This document shows positions 58,788 to 64,000 of a stretch of 64,000 bases of DNA, piece after piece. A program made the position numbers and the translations under genes. The notes beneath the pieces are model-generated. The model was not told where the DNA came from. It saw only the letters and a list, made by a program, of their open reading frames with translations, and did no database searches. Origin of the DNA: Candidatus Parvarchaeota archaeon (GTDB lineage: Archaea > Nanobdellota > Nanobdellia > WJKC01); NCBI GenBank assembly GCA_030615175.1, contig JAUWZX010000001.1, positions 652,044-716,043 of the forward strand, written 5' to 3'. Each line of letters starts with the position of its first letter. Position 1 is the first letter of the stretch.

Positions 58788-59477
58788 TTATAGGACTCGG
58801 TTCTTGATGTATGATTTCTTTATGCTTTTAATCTGGTTAAGGATTCTTTTGATTACGAGTTCACTGCTTAAACTGTTTATAATCAGGAAGCTCTTGTTTT
58901 CTTTCACTTCTTTAAGAAAGTCTTCCAAGCTGTCTTCTTTTCTCTTGTATAATTGTCTGGGCGACACTTGCGCTAGTGAAAGCATGTTTTCCGACATGAC
59001 TGTTAAGGTTTTCATTATATTATTAGCCCATTGAGGAGTATTTTTTTCAATTAGAAAATAAAAGTGATTTAAGATTCTGCGCCGCCCGTCAAGGTAAGAT
59101 TTCCATAACGTGTTATCCCCATCGCATAACACTATGTCGTATGATTTCTCTTCTCTTATTAATGATGATAATTCTTTAAGGCTTGTCACTGTGTAATCTG
59201 CCAGTTCATGCGCGCCGCCATTCCTGTCTATTAGCACGTTGTCAGTGATTACTTTTCCTTTCCACTTGCCTGCTTCCAGTGCTTCCTTTAAGTTGCTACC
59301 CTGTTTCAGGTCCCTGTAATTATCGCCTGCCACCATTATCTTCACAGGGTTATGTCCTTTCTTCTTATAGTATTCAATTACTTTGTAATTATCCAGGAAT
59401 TTAATTACTGCTTTAATATTTGGTTTATACCCGCGGTGCATGATGCCGTCTTCATAAGTTATTAAACCTATATTCAT
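58788..59477 (-). CDS. HAD-superfamily hydrolase, circularly permuted
   Basis: KP and GDNYRD come before DGDNT. Confidence 0.7.
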   Translation of the reverse strand: MNIGLITYEDGIMHRGYKPNIKAVIKFLDNYKVIEYYKKKGHNPVKIMVAGDNYRDLKQGSNLKEALEAGKWKGKVITDNVLIDRNGGAHELADYTVTSLKELSSLIREEKSYDIVLCDGDNTLWKSYLDGRRRILNHFYFLIEKNTPQWANNIMKTLTVMSENMLSLAQVSPRQLYKRKEDSLEDFLKEVKENKSFLIINSLSSELVIKRILNQIKSIKKSYIKNRVL

Positions 59478-59582
59478 GCTGGTATAATTTAAGAGCCTAG
59501 TTATAAACGTTGCGATTACGTTCTTTCTTATTTACTTTGTCCCTTATTTAAATAGTTCTTCTTCCCATCTTATTTTACTGGG

Positions 59583-59978
59583 ATGCTGTTCTACTCTCAT
59601 GTTTTCTTTGCAGCGTTAATCTCCAGAATGCTTGGTCTAAGCCCTTTCCTTTTCATTCTTGGTTCCTTGCTGCCTGATGTGGATAATCCTAACTCTAATG
59701 TCGGCTCCTTGTGCAAGCGCTTGTCTTATTATTTGAAGGAGAATTATTCTCACCGGGGCTTGACTCATTCATTATTATTCGCCGTGCCATGCCTGTTAAT
59801 TCCTTCTTTTGGCTTGGGCGTTTTATCCCATATTCTTCTGGATTTACTGAATAAGCGCGGGGTTAGGTTATTGTATCCTAGTAAGTCATGTTTTGTTCTC
59901 CTTGGAGGCCCTTTGGTTACTGGAAAGCATGATTTCATTTTTTCAGTGTCATGCCTGGTGGTGATGCTTTTATTCTAG
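59583..59978 (+). CDS. YdjM-like membrane metal-dependent hydrolase
   Basis: GSLLPDVD, HRGLTHS, SHILLD, GVRLLYP. Confidence 0.9.
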   Translation: MLFYSHVFFAALISRMLGLSPFLFILGSLLPDVDNPNSNVGSLCKRLSYYLKENYSHRGLTHSLLFAVPCLLIPSFGLGVLSHILLDLLNKRGVRLLYPSKSCFVLLGGPLVTGKHDFIFSVSCLVVMLLF

Positions 59979-60730
59979 TTGGTCGTGAGGAATTAATCAG
60001 TAAAGTATTAGGTTACGTTAGTCATCGACGTTCGCTTTTCATTAAGGCTTGCGCTGGCAGCGGGAAGACTGCTTTACTGACTCATCTTGAATTAATTATT
60101 TACAGGGCTGCTTACGCTCTTCCTCATTCTAAGAAGGAGATTCTTTCATGCATTGCTAAACCATTAAGAGTTCCTGTTAAAGGCAGGCGCGTTTTCGAGT
60201 TGTACAGGGATGTTATTTTCGAATTAGAGTATTCTTCATGCATTTTATTACTGGATGATGTTCATGAATTAACTAAGTCTGTTAAAGCAGTTGTTATTAA
60301 GTTATTAAGTCATGGGCTCGTAGTCATCTGCGCGGGCGAGCGCAACGTTCTTGGCCTGCCTGAGACTAATATGCCTTCATTGTCCAGGGAGGAGGTTGAG
60401 TTAATTATTAATTCAGGGCTTGAGAGGCCTGATCCTTTGCTTGCTAAATTAATCATTAATGAATGCTCTACGCCTCAGGAGGTTAATCTTGTTTTGCGCA
60501 GAGTGAAGCGTTATGATTTATCTTCCCGTGATAAGATTCATTCATTTATTGATTCAATGCGCCGCAGGAAGAGGGAGTTAATGCCTGTATGGTCTCTGGC
60601 AATCATTATTTCATTAATGCTTTCAATGCGTTACTTTTTTTACATGAAGCGTGAATTCCAGACTGGTTACGTTATTGCTTTCACTGCTTATTTATTAAGG
60701 GCTTTAACCAGTTTCAGGAAGCGCGGTTAG
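59951..60730 (+). CDS. P-loop ATPase (AAA-like) with two C-terminal TM helices
   Basis: VGREE, AGSGKT, LLLDDVH. Confidence 0.8.
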   Translation: MPGGDAFILVGREELISKVLGYVSHRRSLFIKACAGSGKTALLTHLELIIYRAAYALPHSKKEILSCIAKPLRVPVKGRRVFELYRDVIFELEYSSCILLLDDVHELTKSVKAVVIKLLSHGLVVICAGERNVLGLPETNMPSLSREEVELIINSGLERPDPLLAKLIINECSTPQEVNLVLRRVKRYDLSSRDKIHSFIDSMRRRKRELMPVWSLAIIISLMLSMRYFFYMKREFQTGYVIAFTAYLLRALTSFRKRG

Positions 60731-60771
60731 AAGTAATAATTAATAAATTCAGAATACCTTGTTAATATTTA

Positions 60772-61122
60772 ATGGTTGTAACTGGTCACATAATACATAA
60801 AAGATTAAGAATTAAGGATTTTGTAGATATAATTAAGTATTACAGTACAGAACAAATTAAATGTACTGACCATACTTTTTTCAGGCTTAGTGAAAAGCAA
60901 AGAAAGGAATTCTTAAATTGTGAAAAACTAAAAATTTATATAACTGAAAAAATACCAATATTTGTTGGAATACAAAATAACGGGTGTTATGCCATTTATT
61001 ATTCATTTAATAAGATGAACGCGTTAAAGATGATTTTGGACGTAAAACCAAATAATATATCAATAATAACATTTTATATTATTAATAAGGTAACTATACC
61101 AAAGATGAAGTATGAAAAGTAG
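60772..61122 (+). CDS. RelE/DUF4258-like putative toxin
   Basis: TDHTFFRL and IITFY motifs; overlaps the DUF2283 gene. Confidence 0.5.
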   Translation: MVVTGHIIHKRLRIKDFVDIIKYYSTEQIKCTDHTFFRLSEKQRKEFLNCEKLKIYITEKIPIFVGIQNNGCYAIYYSFNKMNALKMILDVKPNNISIITFYIINKVTIPKMKYEK

Positions 61123-61492
61123 ACATTTAAAAGGTAAAGGAATATTCGATTATGATTACATTAATGATATTCTTTTTTTTAAAACCAAAAACAGAGAGTA
61201 CGCGAGGTCTGTTGAATTCGGTAACATGGTATTTGACATAGACCCTGAAAATTTCATTATCAACATACAAATATTTGAAGCATCAAAATTCTTAGGTATT
61301 AAAAAAGTATATTTAAGGAAGGTTCCTAAATGGCGTTTTAACGCTATCGTCCATGATGGAATTGTTGAAATTAGATTATTCTTTCAAGTGTTAATAAGGA
61401 ATAAAATAATAGAGAAGAATCCTATAATCCAGCAACCAACGAATTTGCCGAATTCTAGATTGGAATGCGTTGCCGTGCCTATTAATAAATAA
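61112..61492 (+). CDS. DUF2283 family protein (putative antitoxin)
   Basis: DYDYINDILFF, FDID..IINIQIFEASK. Confidence 0.8.
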   Translation: MKSRHLKGKGIFDYDYINDILFFKTKNREYARSVEFGNMVFDIDPENFIINIQIFEASKFLGIKKVYLRKVPKWRFNAIVHDGIVEIRLFFQVLIRNKIIEKNPIIQQPTNLPNSRLECVAVPINK

Positions 61493-61541
61493 TCTCCTGC
61501 ACAGGGTAATTCTTAAGTAGTGTTCACGCTTATTAATTATT

Positions 61542-61883
61542 ATGAGTAAATTAAGCATGATTGCAGTTCTCGGGTTGTTAGTAATCCTGGGCTGCACGCA
61601 GGCGGATAGTGCTGGGTTGGCTAATCCTTCTGCAGTTCATTGTGAGGAGCAGGGTTATTCTTATGAAGTGAGGGTTACGCCTGCTGGCAGTAAGGGTTTC
61701 TGCGTTTTCAGTGACCTGACTGAGTGTCCTGGCTGGGATTATTATAATGGCATCTGCACTCTTGAGACCGCGTTTGTTTGTAAGGATGTGTGCGGTGACG
61801 GTGAGTGCCAGGAGATTGTCTGCATGGCTGTGGGTTGTCCTTGCAGTGAGAGTGTTAGTTCATGTCCTGATGACTGTGCTTAG
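61542..61883 (+). CDS. DUF333-domain Cys-rich lipoprotein
   Basis: ILGC lipobox, LANPSAVHCEEQG, CGDGEC..CPDDC. Confidence 0.85.
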   Translation: MSKLSMIAVLGLLVILGCTQADSAGLANPSAVHCEEQGYSYEVRVTPAGSKGFCVFSDLTECPGWDYYNGICTLETAFVCKDVCGDGECQEIVCMAVGCPCSESVSSCPDDCA

Positions 61884-61890
61884 AAAATTT

Positions 61891-62160
61891 TTATTGGCAG
61901 AATATTTGCATTGGGTATGATTCAGCGATAGTGCATTCTCCTGAGTTGCAGCGGGTGCATGGGTTTCCTGCCCAGCAGATTGGTGTTGTCTGGTCCCGGA
62001 ACTTGTAGCAGTCCATTCCTCCGGGGCATGGCGTTAACGCGTCGCATGTGATTTTTTCAAAGTCATCGCTTAACTCTCCTAAGCCATTGCCAGTCACTTC
62101 TGTGCTGGTGCATCCTGCTATTAATATTAGTAATGTTATTGCTCCGAAAATCTTTTTCAT
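61891..62160 (-). CDS. Small Cys-rich lipoprotein
   Basis: IAGC lipobox; C-terminal CTIAESYPMQIFC. Confidence 0.8.
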   Translation of the reverse strand: MKKIFGAITLLILIAGCTSTEVTGNGLGELSDDFEKITCDALTPCPGGMDCYKFRDQTTPICWAGNPCTRCNSGECTIAESYPMQIFCQ

Positions 62161-62218
62161 CTGACAAAAAAGTAATTAGTAATGATTTAAATAATCTTTG
62201 ATGATTATATTATTAATC

Positions 62219-62623
62219 ATGAAGGTTTTCGGCAAGTCATTGAGCGAGTACTTATTGCCGGTTAAGTTTTACGTTATTGGCTGTATTATAGTCGTGTTAT
62301 CACAGTACCTTATCGGCATCCCTGTGCAGGACGCGTTTCCTTTGTTCCTGAATTTAACTCAGGCTGCCTGGGCTTTACTGGTTGCCTTGTCAGTGGTTAA
62401 ATTAATTAAGCATTATGATTTCAGTTTTAAGAATGTTTTATTCCTTGGCGTTCTTTACTCCTTGATTATTCATGGCTTAAAGGTTTCCATCAGGGCAGTC
62501 TTTTACGCCAAGCCTCTTGATTACCTTATTAACCGGTTCCTTTATGGCAGTTCACTGGTAATGATGATAGTCTTAATCCTTGGTCCTTGCTTTATTTACT
62601 TTAAGCGTAAGAGGTTATTATGA
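62219..62623 (+). CDS. Membrane protein
   Basis: 4 TM helices. Confidence 0.7.
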   Translation: MKVFGKSLSEYLLPVKFYVIGCIIVVLSQYLIGIPVQDAFPLFLNLTQAAWALLVALSVVKLIKHYDFSFKNVLFLGVLYSLIIHGLKVSIRAVFYAKPLDYLINRFLYGSSLVMMIVLILGPCFIYFKRKRLL

Positions 62624-62841
62624 CAGGCTTAATGATGTTTAAGGCATTATTCTTATTGTTATTATTAGTTATTGTTAGCGGGTGCACTTCAACTGGAGGC
62701 ATTGACTGCGTTCTTAATGGTGACTGCGTGGTTTACGGTGAGTCTGGTGACTGTAATTGCGGGTGCTATAATAAGGATAATCTTCCTGTAGGGACTGGCG
62801 GCGAGTGCGTTAACGGTGAGTGTCAGGGCATTTTTGAGTAG
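62620..62841 (+). CDS. Small Cys-rich lipoprotein
   Basis: VSGC lipobox, CVLNGDCV..CNCGC. Confidence 0.65.
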   Translation: MTGLMMFKALFLLLLLVIVSGCTSTGGIDCVLNGDCVVYGESGDCNCGCYNKDNLPVGTGGECVNGECQGIFE

Positions 62842-63215
62842 AGGTCTTTCCTTCTTATCTTCTCTGTGTATGATAAGTAAACGTCAATGTCAGATACTCG
62901 CTTATCCTGTTTGTTCGTTTCCAGTTTAATGCATGTTTTCTTTAATTCGTATGGGTTTATGTTTGGCGTGACTTTTAAGACGTAGCCTTTTCTTTGGCCT
63001 GCTATGAATGGGTGCCTGAAGTTCCTGAGGCAGTCTGTTTTTTTAGTGCGCAGGAATTCAATTTCAGGATATTCTTTCTCCAAGTAATGCTTTACCCGGT
63101 TAACGTATGGTTTCATGTATTTAGCCCAGCGGTCTTCTTTAACCCAGATTTCAATGACTAATGGTTCAACAGTGCATAACCTCTTTATTCTCTGGAACAG
63201 GTTTAACCGCGTCAT
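62823..63215 (-). CDS. Hypothetical protein with a CitX-like C-terminal motif
   Basis: ELKKTCIKLE..RVSDIDV. Confidence 0.5.
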   Translation of the reverse strand: MTRLNLFQRIKRLCTVEPLVIEIWVKEDRWAKYMKPYVNRVKHYLEKEYPEIEFLRTKKTDCLRNFRHPFIAGQRKGYVLKVTPNINPYELKKTCIKLETNKQDKRVSDIDVYLSYTEKIRRKDLYSKMP

Positions 63216-63285
63216 CGAGCAAAGTGATGATTTCATTAATTTAAAAATGTTTTTATATTAATTCCTTCCTTAAGTGGGAGTAATT

Positions 63286-63594
63286 ATGCGTGAACTGGAT
63301 TTTTATAACTTCCATAAGGGTTGTATCTGTTATAATGAGAAGAAAGAGGCAGGAGTCCTTCTCTCAATTGAATTAAAGGATGAGTTAAAAGGATTATATC
63401 ATGCTGTTGGAGTTTATCTTGATGGAAGATTTGACTGCGAGTACAGGCGTACATGGATTAAGGATGTTAAGACGCGTTCAGGGTGGACCGGGAATAAGTT
63501 GAGGATGGTTGGTTTCATAAATCATGAGGACCTGGAGGATGCCATAAGATTAGCTGATACTGGTCAGAGTTTCGGCACTGAAGTTGAGGAATAA
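63286..63594 (+). CDS. Hypothetical protein
   Basis: GGAG RBS; 102 aa. Confidence 0.6.
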   Translation: MRELDFYNFHKGCICYNEKKEAGVLLSIELKDELKGLYHAVGVYLDGRFDCEYRRTWIKDVKTRSGWTGNKLRMVGFINHEDLEDAIRLADTGQSFGTEVEE

Positions 63595-63607
63595 TAAAAT
63601 TTTTTAC

Positions 63608-63988
63608 TTATTTCTTCTTTTCCCGGTATTTTTTTATCGCATCATGCAAGCCATCGGCAGCTAAATTGCTGCAATGCATTTTTATAGGCGGAAGCCCGTC
63701 CAGGTTCTTTGCAACATCTGCTCTTGTAATCTCTAAAGCTTCATCTAATGTTTTCCCTTTCGCTAACTCTGTTACCATTGATGATGTGGCGATAGCTGCG
63801 GCGCATCCAAACGTTTGGAAAGATATATCTTCAATAATCTCTTTACCGTTCTCTTCTTTGACTTTAATGTATATTTTCATCAAGTCACCGCATACAGGAT
63901 TACCTACTTCTCCAAATGAATCTGCATCCTTCATTTCTCCTATATTATGGGGATTTCTAAAATGCTCCATTACTTTTTCTGAGTAAAT
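63608..63988 (-). CDS. iscU: Fe-S cluster scaffold IscU/NifU N-terminal protein
   Basis: HFRNPHN, GNPVCGD, FGCAAAIA, KMHCS; start is either ATT 63988 or ATG 63970. Confidence 0.95.
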   Translation of the reverse strand: MYSEKVMEHFRNPHNIGEMKDADSFGEVGNPVCGDLMKIYIKVKEENGKEIIEDISFQTFGCAAAIATSSMVTELAKGKTLDEALEITRADVAKNLDGLPPIKMHCSNLAADGLHDAIKKYREKKK

Positions 63989-64000
63989 TTTGACTCACCT

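Overview
AT-rich archaeal chromosome segment. A small-genome DPANN-like lineage is inferred from short genes, Cys-rich surface proteins and an AsnB-Dph6 fusion. The minus strand keeps the order of the archaeal translation superoperon: cmk, rpl14e, cbf5, tRNA-Ser, rps13, rps4, rps11, rpoD, tRNA-Leu, rpl18e, rpl13, rps9. That order is stretched over about 50 kb by accessory insertions. The strongest novelty candidate is 22108..24135, which reads as a single-chain fusion of a proteasome beta-like domain (KTG|T, with Asp-Lys-Gly at exact D17/K33/G47 spacing) and an alpha-like domain. It is followed by a 708-aa unknown gene, and two paralogous helical genes ending in HbYX-like tails lie nearby. Other notable items are two tandem Rab-like pseudo-GTPases and a circularly permuted HAD hydrolase. 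A tRNA-Ser(UGA) carries two introns, one in the T-loop, and integrase-less mini-islands are bounded by tRNA 3'-end duplications. The window also has a GH4/sulfatase/GH38/GH20 glycan cluster, divergent TFBs, an LRR protein and an apparent ATT start on iscU. All assignments are by eye from motifs; no searches were run.
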